DNA of 32,122 nt, filler included, from a bacterium (GCA_027062325.1; 2 parts of 2 records of this genome joined end to end with filler, not necessarily neighbours in it), one strand, 5' to 3'. Shown: positions 1-9,360, counted from the first letter of the whole stretch. The notes: a model not told the origin generated them from the sequence alone. A program made the numbers and translations.

Positions 1-2
1 CG

Positions 3-422
3 CTTTTTCCCCATAACGCTGGGGCAGTGGTTCGTTTAGCTTCTGTTGTTGGAGCTCAAGTTTGGTTTGTTGGGAAGGTTGCTTTTTCCCTGGGGGATAG
101 GGCTTTTAAGAGGGGGGCATTGGATTATTGGAAATATGTTGATATAAGGTTTGTTGAAAATTTTGATTTTTTGGAAAAAAGTGCTTTATCTGAAGTTGCT
201 TTCTTTTCTGCTAAGGCTTCTCAAAGTTGGAATGATGTTGATTGGAAAAAGTTAAGATGGCTCGTATTTGGAAACGAAGTTTACGGGTTGCCTGAAGTTA
301 TGCACAGAAAGTATCAGGAGCGTTTCATAAAACTTCCAATGTTGACAACTGCTAGATGTTTAAACTTGGCTACAAGTGTAAGTGCTGCTGTGTATCGTTG
401 GGTGTATGAGATGGGGTATTGA
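3..422 (+). CDS. trmL: tRNA (cytidine(34)-2'-O)-methyltransferase, SpoU/TrmL family (5'-truncated by window edge)
   Basis: The frame is open from position 3 (LFPHNAGAVVRLA, resembling the P.N.G...R motif). It also has KRGALDYW, LVFGNEVYGLP and RCLNLATSV, which are SPOUT/TrmL motifs. Confidence 0.85.
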   Translation, partial: LFPHNAGAVVRLASVVGAQVWFVGKVAFSLGDRAFKRGALDYWKYVDIRFVENFDFLEKSALSEVAFFSAKASQSWNDVDWKKLRWLVFGNEVYGLPEVMHRKYQERFIKLPMLTTARCLNLATSVSAAVYRWVYEMGY

Positions 423-452
423 TGAATTGTAATTCACCATTATTATTCCCCA

Positions 453-1175
453 TTATTTTTGAAAGTCTTCATAAGGTGGAACTGTCCCGGGGGAATCGTT
501 CCAGCCGGGATCCTCTTCTGCACCGTTTATGTTGCGCGAGCTGTATAAAAACACTGTTTCATAAGTTGTTCCGTCTTGTAGTGCTGCGTTGACATATACC
601 AATACATATGTTTTTCCAGTTACACCGTATTGGTCCTGCATATCAGTTGTGAGTAATGCAAATTTAACACTGCCATCTTTTATTTTCAAAATGGGTCGCT
701 CTCCAACGATCTTGTAATCTGCATTTGGATCCCATGGTCCTTTCCAAACACCTCTAAAAAGAGTGTGAGTTTCTTCGTCCCATCGGTATATTATTTTTTT
801 AAATGGAGGATATTTATTTATACCGGGTGCATACTTGTCAAAACGCGCAAATCTTAGTGTTTTAAACAAAACGTACTTTCCCTCAGGTGTTGGTGGATAT
901 GGATCTGACAAGATGAATGGTGGAGTGATAAGATCCATAATTACAGCTTCTCTTATGTCTTTTCTGAGGTAAGAATTGAGGACACGGAACATTTGACGTG
1001 CCAAAGTTGAGGTTGTCACTTTGTAGGTTATTCGTTTTCCCGTAAAAAATATGCGCATGAGTACTGTGAATACTATGCCGAGAATAAACAGAGTTACTAT
1101 GACTTCAACAAGAGTGAAGGATTTTTTGCTTATTCTTTTGAGAAAATTTTGAGAATCTTTGCTTGGCTGCTTCAT
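453..1175 (-). CDS. Prepilin-type N-terminal cleavage/methylation domain protein (minor pilin/pseudopilin)
   Basis: KKS|FTLVEVIVTLFILGIVF gives a basic leader, Glu5 and a hydrophobic helix. The likely ATG is at 1175 behind GGAGGGAG (ORF track start 1187). Confidence 0.8.
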   Translation of the reverse strand: MKQPSKDSQNFLKRISKKSFTLVEVIVTLFILGIVFTVLMRIFFTGKRITYKVTTSTLARQMFRVLNSYLRKDIREAVIMDLITPPFILSDPYPPTPEGKYVLFKTLRFARFDKYAPGINKYPPFKKIIYRWDEETHTLFRGVWKGPWDPNADYKIVGERPILKIKDGSVKFALLTTDMQDQYGVTGKTYVLVYVNAALQDGTTYETVFLYSSRNINGAEEDPGWNDSPGTVPPYEDFQK

Positions 1176-1198
1176 ATCTCCCTCCATCGTTTTATTTG

Positions 1199-1774
1199 TT
1201 ACTGAAAAGCTGGTGGATTTTTATTTTCTACGAGTGTTATAAGTCTGAAGGTTGGTTTTTTTCCACGCCTCAATTTGTTCACCCATTTTACTTTGACAGT
1301 TATGCGAAAGAGTGATGGTTGTTTTTGTACACCACAGGGAGTTAGGTATGCTTTTGGTTTTCCAAGGGCTTCAATAATAAGGGTTCTTTTGAATCGATTT
1401 ATTGCAGAAGGAGTTGGAAGATCTTGGAATGTGTGAATTAACATAGTTTGTATATCTTCTTCAGAAAGTTCTGCTTTATCTTTGTCTCCAAATTTTGACA
1501 TTATTCCAAGGAGGGAGTTATAGTACTTTTTACCTTCAATTTTACAGCCGTTTTCTGGATAGTATCCGGTGGGTTTACCTTTCATTAATTCTATTAAAGA
1601 AGCAGCCATTTCTGTTGCAGTGGCTACGTCTATTGCTTTTATGGAGGCAGTTTGACTTGTTCTGAATAAGTGAATGATAGGTAGGATAATGAAGCTCAGA
1701 ATAGCTATTCCAATGAGCATCTCAAGAATTGTTACTGCTTTTTTTTGAGAGGTTAGATTACTTTCTATTTGCAC
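1199..1774 (-). CDS. Prepilin-type (PilV/GspI-like) minor pilin
   Basis: KKA|VTILEMLIGIAILSFIILP at the N-terminus and a C-terminal FRITVKVKW strand typical of small minor pilins. The likely start is GTG at 1774 after AAGGA. Confidence 0.75.
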   Translation of the reverse strand: MQIESNLTSQKKAVTILEMLIGIAILSFIILPIIHLFRTSQTASIKAIDVATATEMAASLIELMKGKPTGYYPENGCKIEGKKYYNSLLGIMSKFGDKDKAELSEEDIQTMLIHTFQDLPTPSAINRFKRTLIIEALGKPKAYLTPCGVQKQPSLFRITVKVKWVNKLRRGKKPTFRLITLVENKNPPAFQ

Positions 1775-2445
1775 TTTTTCCTTAAAGCGCATCCGAATGA
1801 GTACACCTCAACTTTTTTACCTGTAGATATTACAAAATTGAACTTTACAAATGATACATTTTCTAGAGTTGCATAATTAGGATATAAAAAGTTCTTGTAG
1901 TTATTAAAATTACCTTTTACAACGTCCAGCGGATTGTAACCGGGGGCCAAGAGCTCAATGTTTGTATGGTACATTGTGGTACCAATATTTATCGAGGATA
2001 AGAGACCAACTACACGGAGTGGATACTTTGCGGATTCTGCAAAGCCTAAGAGTTTTGTAGTTGGGGCGGTGTCAATATCGGATTTGCTTTTAGCTTTAGC
2101 GAGTAGTAGATTAGCGGCTTTGATCTCGTTGCTTGAAGTGTCTAAATTTTTAATGAGAGTAATCTTGTACCATTTTGTAATTCCGTTGCGAGTTACTGGA
2201 AAGATTAGAGTGGTTAAATCTTTTGTATCCTCAAATTTTGATATGTAATCAGCTTCTTTTAAAGGTATAGAAATTTCTATGAAGGCGCGACGGAGACTTT
2301 GTAGAATTTTACCTCGCTCTTCAAGTTTTCTGCCGCGTCCCATAAAGCTTGAGAAGAAGTTGAATATCATTATTGAAACTATTCCCATGACAGCAATTGT
2401 TATTATAAGTTCAGCAAGAGTAAATGCTCTTCTTTTCCCAATCAT
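1765..2445 (-). CDS. Prepilin-type (PilW/GspJ-like) minor pilin
   Basis: RRA|FTLAELIITIAVMGIV is a class III signal peptide. Confidence 0.8.
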   Translation of the reverse strand: MIGKRRAFTLAELIITIAVMGIVSIMIFNFFSSFMGRGRKLEERGKILQSLRRAFIEISIPLKEADYISKFEDTKDLTTLIFPVTRNGITKWYKITLIKNLDTSSNEIKAANLLLAKAKSKSDIDTAPTTKLLGFAESAKYPLRVVGLLSSINIGTTMYHTNIELLAPGYNPLDVVKGNFNNYKNFLYPNYATLENVSFVKFNFVISTGKKVEVYSFGCALRKKCK

Positions 2446-2467
2446 CTTGACTTTTGTCCCCCAATCT

Positions 2468-3025
2468 TCAAGGATTGCTATTTTGAAAGTTCAACTTAGG
2501 ATAAGTTTTGCGGGTGATAATTGTGAATGTTCGAAAACTTTTTTTTCTTCTTGTTGCTTTGTCGAACCAAGTTATCATGATTCCAAGTTGGATCCGGTCT
2601 GTGTACTTGAAAAAAGTCTGATAAACTTGAACCAGATAATTTATGTCGTTTTTGTATGCAGTTGGGATTGAAAAATTTTCGTCCAAATCTGGTATTGGAT
2701 AGAAAGCAAATTGTATTAATACGTTATACGATTTCATGCCGGGAGTAGTCAGGTCAAACTTTTCTTCAACAAGTTTATATTTGGTTCCAACTTGGTTCTC
2801 TTTTAGAAGTTTGAGTAAAGAATTGTATCCTGCTCCTCTGAAAGCTTCAGAAACCATAGAAGAAAAAAGAGCAGCTTTTAGATAATCCTCAGTTTTAACG
2901 GAAGTAAAGTTGAGTTGATGAAATATCATAAACACGGGAATGACCACTATTCCTAGAAAGGCAAGGGCAATTATAACTTCAAGTATGGAAAAAGAGTTTA
3001 ACTTTCTACGGAGAATTTTAAGCAT
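2468..3025 (-). CDS. Prepilin-type minor pilin
   Basis: LNS|FSILEVIIALAFLGIVVIP; C-terminal IMITW strand similar to the 1199-1774 protein. Confidence 0.75.
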   Translation of the reverse strand: MLKILRRKLNSFSILEVIIALAFLGIVVIPVFMIFHQLNFTSVKTEDYLKAALFSSMVSEAFRGAGYNSLLKLLKENQVGTKYKLVEEKFDLTTPGMKSYNVLIQFAFYPIPDLDENFSIPTAYKNDINYLVQVYQTFFKYTDRIQLGIMITWFDKATRRKKSFRTFTIITRKTYPKLNFQNSNP

Positions 3026-3054
3026 AACAACAAGCCCCCAATTAAAATTGTTGA

Positions 3055-3678
3055 TTATCTCTTTAATTCTAATTTTAATTTGCTTGCCATGTTTTTGTAC
3101 ATTCGACGTTGCTTCATATTCTTCGCATACTTTGCAAGGAGAGAATAGTATTTATAAGCAACCACTTTAGCTTTTCTTTCTTCTCCCAATTCTTTATAGG
3201 ATATTACGAGTAGCTTTAGAATCTCGATTAATTCTTCTTTTGGAATAGAGCGCTGTTCAAGTAGTAACTTTCTAAGCTTTGAGACTGCTATGTAGTATTT
3301 TCCTTTATCTACTAAAGATTTTGCTTCAGAGATTTTGGAATTGAGGTATTTTTTAAAGCGTGAGCGATTTGATTTTTTAAACTTCTGCTCTAGTTCTTCC
3401 ATGCGACGAATCTCGTATTTTTTTATTGCAGCTATGAATGAAGTTGTGGCGTTTACTTTGACGCTTTTGAACTTAGAAGGAGTTGGGGCAAGTAGTGGGA
3501 TGCCAGCGAGAGTTTTAAAACTACTTTTTTTCGACTTTATGACAGGAACTATTACGCGAGTTTGTGATGCAGGTTCTTTTCTTGGAGTGAGTAATTGTGA
3601 TGATGAGTTAAAAAACCATAAAAATGTTGCTAAAAAAAGGATAGCTGCTGCAATTATCATAAAATCTTTTTTCTCCAT
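3055..3678 (-). CDS. Hypothetical membrane-anchored protein with C-terminal TPR-like helices
   Basis: N-terminal hydrophobic segment; AKSLVDKGKYYIAVSKL...LVISYKELGEERKA helical pattern; first gene of the pilin cluster. The likely ATG is at 3678. Confidence 0.55.
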   Translation of the reverse strand: MEKKDFMIIAAAILFLATFLWFFNSSSQLLTPRKEPASQTRVIVPVIKSKKSSFKTLAGIPLLAPTPSKFKSVKVNATTSFIAAIKKYEIRRMEELEQKFKKSNRSRFKKYLNSKISEAKSLVDKGKYYIAVSKLRKLLLEQRSIPKEELIEILKLLVISYKELGEERKAKVVAYKYYSLLAKYAKNMKQRRMYKNMASKLKLELKR

Positions 3679-3704
3679 ATAATCAAATCCCACCCTAAAC
3701 AATT

Positions 3705-3733
3705 TTGGCTAAATTTTCTGGCTGTGCTAAAAT
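3705..3733 (+). promoter_or_regulatory. Sigma70-type promoter with extended -10 for the nuclease gene
   Basis: TTGGCT (3705-3710), 17 bp spacer, then TAAAAT (3728-3733) preceded by TGn. Confidence 0.55.
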
Positions 3734-3741
3734 AATTATAC

Positions 3742-5997
3742 ATGATAAGGCTTAAAGTAGTTCCAACGGAGATTCAAGCACGCTGGTTCAGATTAAAAAA
3801 GGGAATAGCTGCTTTAAGATTTGATGAGGTTCTATCTTCTTACCTTGCAACTTCTAGTCCGAATGAGGATGTAGTTGATGTTGTTTCCAACGAAGTTTTT
3901 TATCTTTTTCTTTCTGTACTACTTGGTTTCAACTATCTTACGGTTAAGAAGCTATATCTGGCCTATCTAGAAAGTTTAGAAGCTGATAATAATTTATTTG
4001 TTCCCGGTGAGGAGAGGTTATTTGAAATTTTGGAGTTTATTGAGGATGAGTTATCTAAGGCGGGGCTTTATACTCGAAAAAAGTTGATAGAAAAATTAAC
4101 AATTGGAAAATTTGGAAGTCTTGAGTTTTTCACTGGGTTTGAGTACGAGAAGTTTTTCAGACCGTATCGGTATGAGAGAAGATTCTTGGAAAAACTAGGG
4201 GTTTTAAAGCCTGAGTTTAAGGTTGAATTTTATCAAAATGTGAATAAAGCTAAGATATTAGAGTTTTCAAATTCTGCATTTTGTAAGCTTATTGATAGAT
4301 ACTCTGATAAAAGGGTATGTGTGGTTTGCGAGTCTCAAGATGAGTTATTTGCTTTGTGGAGTGCTGCCAGAGTAGCAGTAGAAGTTGAGAATAATAAAGA
4401 TGTTTCAGAGAGTTTGAAGTCAGCCAACTTTGATATATGGTTTGATGTTCCTGATTATGCATCGGCTTTGGTTTACAAGCTACTAGAGATAGCACGTGGA
4501 ATAAATGTGAGAGGATATTTGAAGGATTTTGAAATTTTGAGTTTGAAGGTGGATAAGGATAATCTGCATGATATTCTGACAAGGTTTAAGGATTTCGATT
4601 TAAAATTTGAAAGTTCAACTTTTTTGGAAGAAAAAGGGATTGACCTGTTTGAAAAAAGAAGTAAGGAATTTTTAAAGTTTGCTGCGGAGTTTATGGGAAG
4701 TTTGAGCACAGAGGAGGTAATTGTGGAAAAGTTTGAAAAAGGTTTGGCAAGTTTGAGTGTTTTAATGAGAAAGTTTATCTCAATTTTAAGGCGACTTTTA
4801 ATGAGTAGTGGTTGGCAAAAAATTTTAGATGAGGTCAAAGAAGGAATTGAAGTTAAAAGAAATGAAGTAGATGTCCTTGCTTTGATGAGCCAGCATTTTA
4901 AGAGTAAGACGTTAAAGAGAGCTAAAATACCAACAGGAGATAAATGGTGGTTATTTGTTACTATGCCTGAAGTTGTTAATGTGGACGATGTTGATGTGTT
5001 TGTCTGGGTTAAGCCGAAGGTAGATGTTGATTGGGAACGGCAGTTATTTGCGGCTTCCTACATGAGTCAAAATGCAGATGAGTTTGTAGTATTAACCGAG
5101 AATTATGTACCGGTTTTTCTTTGGAATTTTGGAAGAGAAAAAGATTGGGAGAATTATTCCTTGAATTTGAAAGGTCAGAGGTTGAGAGGTGTGGGTGGGG
5201 TTTCGCATGCTGTGTCAGCGCTGCCTAAAGGATATAAAAGTTGTGTGTTTGCAAACTGGTTGAGCTCCGTAGTTTCGGTAGAAGGTATGTGGGAGTTTAA
5301 AGATACGTATGAACCTGATGAAATAGGGACATATGTCCATAAATTTTTCGAGATGGTGAATAAAGATATTGTGAAACTCCAAGAGAGCGGAGAAATAGGA
5401 GCGTTCTTTAACAATTTTGATAGCTTATGGCAGACTTGGAGAGAGCAGTTTGTAATGGAGACAGGAATAGATTTTGAATGGGAAGTTTGGAGTGCTTTGA
5501 GGCGGTGGGTAGAGAAGTTTGACAAATTTGATAGGATACTTCATGTTGAGGAGGAAAGAGTGGTTAACTTGGCTAAGGTTGCTGAATATTTTGGGGAAAG
5601 TAAAGATGGGTTGGAAAAGTTGGTTGTGAAGATAAGGGTCGACAGGGTTGTGGAAAAAGAGGTAACTTATAGAAGAAAAAACTTAGGGAAGATGATAGTG
5701 GTTCAGGATTACAAATTACGAGTTAGTGATGAGTATTTTCCACAGTTGTTAGTTTACACTTATGCTTTTGAAACTGATGTCTTCGAATTGATAAATGTGC
5801 AAAAGATCTTGGATAGGCGTTTCAGCGATGTTTATAAGCGCTCATTTGTGTCAAAGTTGATGGAGAATGAAAAATTTCAAGCGTTTAAAAAGGCAATGTT
5901 TGATATGTTGCGTTATCAGAAATACGATACTTTGACACTTCTTGGAGAAGAGCCGGATTGCGCTAGGTGTGCCTACCGGTTTTATTGTTGGGATTAA
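3742..5997 (+). CDS. AddB/Cas4-like PD-(D/E)XK nuclease with four-Cys Fe-S staple and a divergent N-terminal region
   Basis: C-terminal motifs YKSC, GTYVHKFFE, IRVDRV, QDYK, QLLVY and terminal CARCAYRFYC. Confidence 0.75.
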   Translation: MIRLKVVPTEIQARWFRLKKGIAALRFDEVLSSYLATSSPNEDVVDVVSNEVFYLFLSVLLGFNYLTVKKLYLAYLESLEADNNLFVPGEERLFEILEFIEDELSKAGLYTRKKLIEKLTIGKFGSLEFFTGFEYEKFFRPYRYERRFLEKLGVLKPEFKVEFYQNVNKAKILEFSNSAFCKLIDRYSDKRVCVVCESQDELFALWSAARVAVEVENNKDVSESLKSANFDIWFDVPDYASALVYKLLEIARGINVRGYLKDFEILSLKVDKDNLHDILTRFKDFDLKFESSTFLEEKGIDLFEKRSKEFLKFAAEFMGSLSTEEVIVEKFEKGLASLSVLMRKFISILRRLLMSSGWQKILDEVKEGIEVKRNEVDVLALMSQHFKSKTLKRAKIPTGDKWWLFVTMPEVVNVDDVDVFVWVKPKVDVDWERQLFAASYMSQNADEFVVLTENYVPVFLWNFGREKDWENYSLNLKGQRLRGVGGVSHAVSALPKGYKSCVFANWLSSVVSVEGMWEFKDTYEPDEIGTYVHKFFEMVNKDIVKLQESGEIGAFFNNFDSLWQTWREQFVMETGIDFEWEVWSALRRWVEKFDKFDRILHVEEERVVNLAKVAEYFGESKDGLEKLVVKIRVDRVVEKEVTYRRKNLGKMIVVQDYKLRVSDEYFPQLLVYTYAFETDVFELINVQKILDRRFSDVYKRSFVSKLMENEKFQAFKKAMFDMLRYQKYDTLTLLGEEPDCARCAYRFYCWD

Positions 5998-6009
5998 AGG
6001 TCAATTTCC

Positions 6010-7065
6010 TCACTTGACTTTTCTTAGTTCATTTGGTTTTACAACACCTTTTTCTGTGACTATGGCAGTGATAAGCTCTGCAGGAGTAACATCAAATGCT
6101 GGATGGCGTGCCAAACTTTCAGATGGTGCTATTTGAATGCGTTCTCCGGCGATTTTTACGAACTTAACTTCTTCTTGACTTCTTTCTTCTATTGGAATGC
6201 TATCTCCATTTGGGCAGGAAAAATCTATACTGGTTGTTGGAGCCACAATTAAAAATGGAACCGAAAAATGTTTGGCAACTATGGATAATTGGAATGTACC
6301 TATTTTATTTGCAGTGTCACCGTTGTTTGCGATCCTATCGGCCCCAACTAAAATTGCATCAACATCTTTCATAAAAAATGCTGCCATATTGTCTGTTATA
6401 ACGTAATGCTTTATTTCCTCTTTTAGAAGTTCCCATGCCGTAAGACGAGCACCTTGCAAATATGGGCGTGTTTCATCTGCTAAAACCACGAATTCTTTTC
6501 CCATTTGAGTAAGCATTTTATGAAGCGTTCTGATAACGCCAAGAGCTGTTCCCCAACCACCTGTGGCTAGCGCACCTGTGTTGCAGTGAGTAAGAACAGT
6601 TATCGTTTTTTTGCCTAAACTTCCGGTGCTTTTCCAGTGTTTGATTAACCAATTTGCGCCGTTTTCTGCGATGCGTAAATTCATTTCATAATCTTCAAGG
6701 TGTATGCGTTTTGCAAGTTCTAGTTGTGCCTCAAAACTCCACTCTGTTTCGGCGCAGCGTTCAAGAGCCCAGAATAGATTAACAGCTGTTGGGCGAGTTT
6801 TGGCAAACATATCGCGAGCTTTTTCAAAGCTCATACCTTCGCGGGCGGCTTGAGCCATGCCGTAGGCTGCGGTTATGCCGATTGCAGGGGCTCCCCTAAC
6901 AATCATGTCTTTTATTGCCCGCGCACTGTCTTGAGATGTTTTACAGGTTATCCATTCTTCTTTTATGGGAAGCTCAAGCTGATTTATTAGCTCGAGTGCT
7001 GCTATTTTTTCATTCCAGTATATTGGTGTGAAAAAGTTTCCAAGATGGTTTTTAAACTTCTCCAT
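6010..7065 (-). CDS. mtnA: S-methyl-5-thioribose-1-phosphate isomerase
   Basis: MIVRGAPAIG, RPTAVNLFWA, THCNTGALAT, ETRPYLQGARLTAWEL, GADRI, NKIGT, PAFDVTP; RBS AGGAGGAG. Confidence 0.95.
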   Translation of the reverse strand: MEKFKNHLGNFFTPIYWNEKIAALELINQLELPIKEEWITCKTSQDSARAIKDMIVRGAPAIGITAAYGMAQAAREGMSFEKARDMFAKTRPTAVNLFWALERCAETEWSFEAQLELAKRIHLEDYEMNLRIAENGANWLIKHWKSTGSLGKKTITVLTHCNTGALATGGWGTALGVIRTLHKMLTQMGKEFVVLADETRPYLQGARLTAWELLKEEIKHYVITDNMAAFFMKDVDAILVGADRIANNGDTANKIGTFQLSIVAKHFSVPFLIVAPTTSIDFSCPNGDSIPIEERSQEEVKFVKIAGERIQIAPSESLARHPAFDVTPAELITAIVTEKGVVKPNELRKVK

Positions 7066-8222
7066 AGCCTACTCCTCCTTGGGTTAAAGGTGAATTTTGA
7101 TGGATGATGCTTCCATTCACTTTTTATAATTTGCCATAAATTTTTGCTGTTTTGTAGGGGGGCTAAGGTTATAGGGGCTAGCTTAGGTAGTGAGAGATGA
7201 AGAGTTGTTTTGTTTTTTTCAATTTTTACGAAAGATATGATGCTTATAGGGAGTGTGATTTGAATGTAAGTAGGTTTGATAAAGGCTGAGATTGAACCTT
7301 TGGATATTTTGGAAATTTTTAAAGAGGTGCAGCTTGTTGCTTCTTCCAGTTGTTGTGAGTTGAGTTGAATACCAAGTTTTTTTAAAGTGAAGAAAAGAAG
7401 AGGCTTTGAAAATGGAGGAAGACTTTTTATAACTATGGTAGTTGAGTCTATATAGGGAATCAGAGACACTTCCTCTATCTCTTCGATTTTATCTTCAGTT
7501 TCCCAGTTGGCTTTGCAGAAGAAAAATAACTGACGTTGAAATTTTGGGTTGATATCTTTTAACCTTGGAAATATTTCAAGTCGTATTAAATTTCGCTTAG
7601 AGGTTGCAGGATCTAAGTTGGTTTTATCTGTGTTGAAAGGTAGTGATAGTAGGTTGCAGTATTCCTCAAGTTCTGGTTTTGTAGCAAAGAGAAGAGGCTT
7701 TTCTACATTGAGTCCAAATACCTGCGATGAAGGTTTTATGCCAACTAGGGAAAAGGGAGAAGAGCCCCTCAGTAGTTGAAAAAAAGCAGTTTCGGCGACA
7801 TCATCTGCATTGTGCGCTGTGAGAATTGAGGAAGTGTTGAAATGCGAAGCAACTTCTTTCAGAAGTCTATAGCGTTCTCTACGTGCCTCTTCTTCATTAC
7901 GGGGGGAATAAAGAAGCCTTTTGATAATGAGTGGGACTCCCAACGATTTTGTAAAATCTTGAGCCAACTTTTCCTCCTCAAAGCTCTCTTGGCGTATGAG
8001 GTGATTTACGTAGCATGCAATTAACTTAATTTTAAAACGCGCTTGCCATTTTGAAAGCAGATGAAGAAGAGCCGTTGAATCGGGTCCAGTTGAGTATGCA
8101 ACTACGTAAATTGAGTTTTTAAGTAGATTGAATTGTGAGCTGAATTTGAACAGTCCATCTGTTAAACGTTTAATAATTTTGCTACGATTTTTGTGCGACT
8201 TCATATTACTAAAAAAGCTCAC
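7002..8222 (-). CDS. tilS: tRNA(Ile)-lysidine synthetase
   Basis: PP-loop YSTGPDS, VNHLIR, EEEARRERY, TAHNADDVAET, RNLIR; divergent C-terminus that overlaps the mtnA start. Confidence 0.88.
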   Translation of the reverse strand: MSFFSNMKSHKNRSKIIKRLTDGLFKFSSQFNLLKNSIYVVAYSTGPDSTALLHLLSKWQARFKIKLIACYVNHLIRQESFEEEKLAQDFTKSLGVPLIIKRLLYSPRNEEEARRERYRLLKEVASHFNTSSILTAHNADDVAETAFFQLLRGSSPFSLVGIKPSSQVFGLNVEKPLLFATKPELEEYCNLLSLPFNTDKTNLDPATSKRNLIRLEIFPRLKDINPKFQRQLFFFCKANWETEDKIEEIEEVSLIPYIDSTTIVIKSLPPFSKPLLFFTLKKLGIQLNSQQLEEATSCTSLKISKISKGSISAFIKPTYIQITLPISIISFVKIEKNKTTLHLSLPKLAPITLAPLQNSKNLWQIIKSEWKHHPSKFTFNPRRSRLWRSLKTILETFSHQYTGMKK

Positions 8223-8841
8223 TCCAATGTGGTTCTTTTAATCTCCACCACATATTTTCTGTGTTTTTCATAGCTTCCAGAGATAGCTCTAAAAATTCTT
8301 CAAGATTTATACCAAGCTCTTCAATTCTTTTGATCTGTTCTCGATTAGCACCTGCAGCGAAACGTTTTTCTTTGAAGCGTTTTTTAAGGGAAGACAGCTT
8401 TAAATCTTGTATTGATTTGGAAGGTAAAATTAAAAAAGCTGCAACTACCAAACCAGTTACTGGATCAGCGGAATAGAGGGCACGTGGTAGTATGTCATTA
8501 TTTTTTCCATAAGGATGATCAGCTATTGCTTGGCAAATAATAGAAGGAAAGCCAGCCTTTTCAAGTTCGGAAGCGGCTAATGTGCCATGATATTTCTCAG
8601 TTGGATCCCAGGGAATATCTATGTCGTGCATAAGACCTGCAATGAACCAATTTTTTTTATTTTCCGGAGATAGTCTGGCTGCTAAATCTTTCATGACGCA
8701 ACCTGTTGCTATGCTGTGTACTAAAAGCTTGGAGTTGTCCTTGAAATTTTCAAATACGAATTTGTAGCAGTTGATCAGATTTTTTTCAATATCATCTGTC
8801 CATTTTGGAAGTGTTGTGGGAATGTTTGGAAAATTTTGCAT
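8209..8841 (-). CDS. HD-superfamily metal-dependent hydrolase (HDIG-like)
   Basis: H...GLMHDID...H...H...D metal ligands; KKRFKEKRFAAGANREQI C-terminal motif; RBS AAGGAGG. Confidence 0.85.
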   Translation of the reverse strand: MQNFPNIPTTLPKWTDDIEKNLINCYKFVFENFKDNSKLLVHSIATGCVMKDLAARLSPENKKNWFIAGLMHDIDIPWDPTEKYHGTLAASELEKAGFPSIICQAIADHPYGKNNDILPRALYSADPVTGLVVAAFLILPSKSIQDLKLSSLKKRFKEKRFAAGANREQIKRIEELGINLEEFLELSLEAMKNTENMWWRLKEPHWSELF

Positions 8842-8951
8842 ATCTTATACCTCCTTTGAACTTGAAAGACGCAGTATTTTCATTTACAGTATAATAAAAG
8901 TGTTACCATAGGTGAACGACAACTTTTATTACCTTGGGGAGGGTGAAGAAG

Positions 8952-9254
8952 ATGGCAAGAAAAGCTCTGGGAATGATTGAAACAAAAGGACTCGTTGCGT
9001 TGATTGAAGCTGCTGATGCTATGGTAAAGGCAGCAAACGTTAAGCTTGTGGGATACAAGACAATTGGTGGTGGATATGTAACTGCTTTGGTGAGAGGAGA
9101 TGTTGCGGCGGTTAAGGCAGCTACTGATGCGGGAGCGGCAGCTGCCCAAAGGATTGGAGAGCTCGTTGCAGTTCACGTTATACCAAGGCCTCATGAGAAT
9201 TTGGAGGATGTATTTCCAATAGGGAAGAGTGAAGAGCTTGAGGATGAGTTTTAA
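8952..9254 (+). CDS. Bacterial microcompartment hexameric shell protein (BMC-H; EutM/PduA/CcmK family)
   Basis: [26 protein letters not shown]...[13 protein letters not shown]...[11 protein letters not shown] at 8952 follows GGAGGG. Confidence 0.95.
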   Translation: MARKALGMIETKGLVALIEAADAMVKAANVKLVGYKTIGGGYVTALVRGDVAAVKAATDAGAAAAQRIGELVAVHVIPRPHENLEDVFPIGKSEELEDEF

Positions 9255-9273
9255 TTAGAAAAAAGCTTTTAAT

Positions 9274-9307
9274 AAAGGGGGCAGGTCGCCAGTGCCTGCC
9301 CTTTTTT
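9274..9307 (+). terminator. Intrinsic terminator/attenuator between the BMC-H and BMC-P genes
   Basis: GGGCAGG / 9-nt loop / CCTGCCC stem followed by TTTTTT. Confidence 0.7.
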
Positions 9308-9360
9308 CGTTAAAAAGAAAGTGGGTAAGCTTTATAATTCCTTTTTGAGGGGAATGAGGT

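Noticed and set aside
3742..5997. Calling the nuclease a CRISPR Cas4
   Set aside because: It is 751 aa, has no cas1/cas2 nearby and sits among housekeeping genes; AddB-like is more parsimonious.
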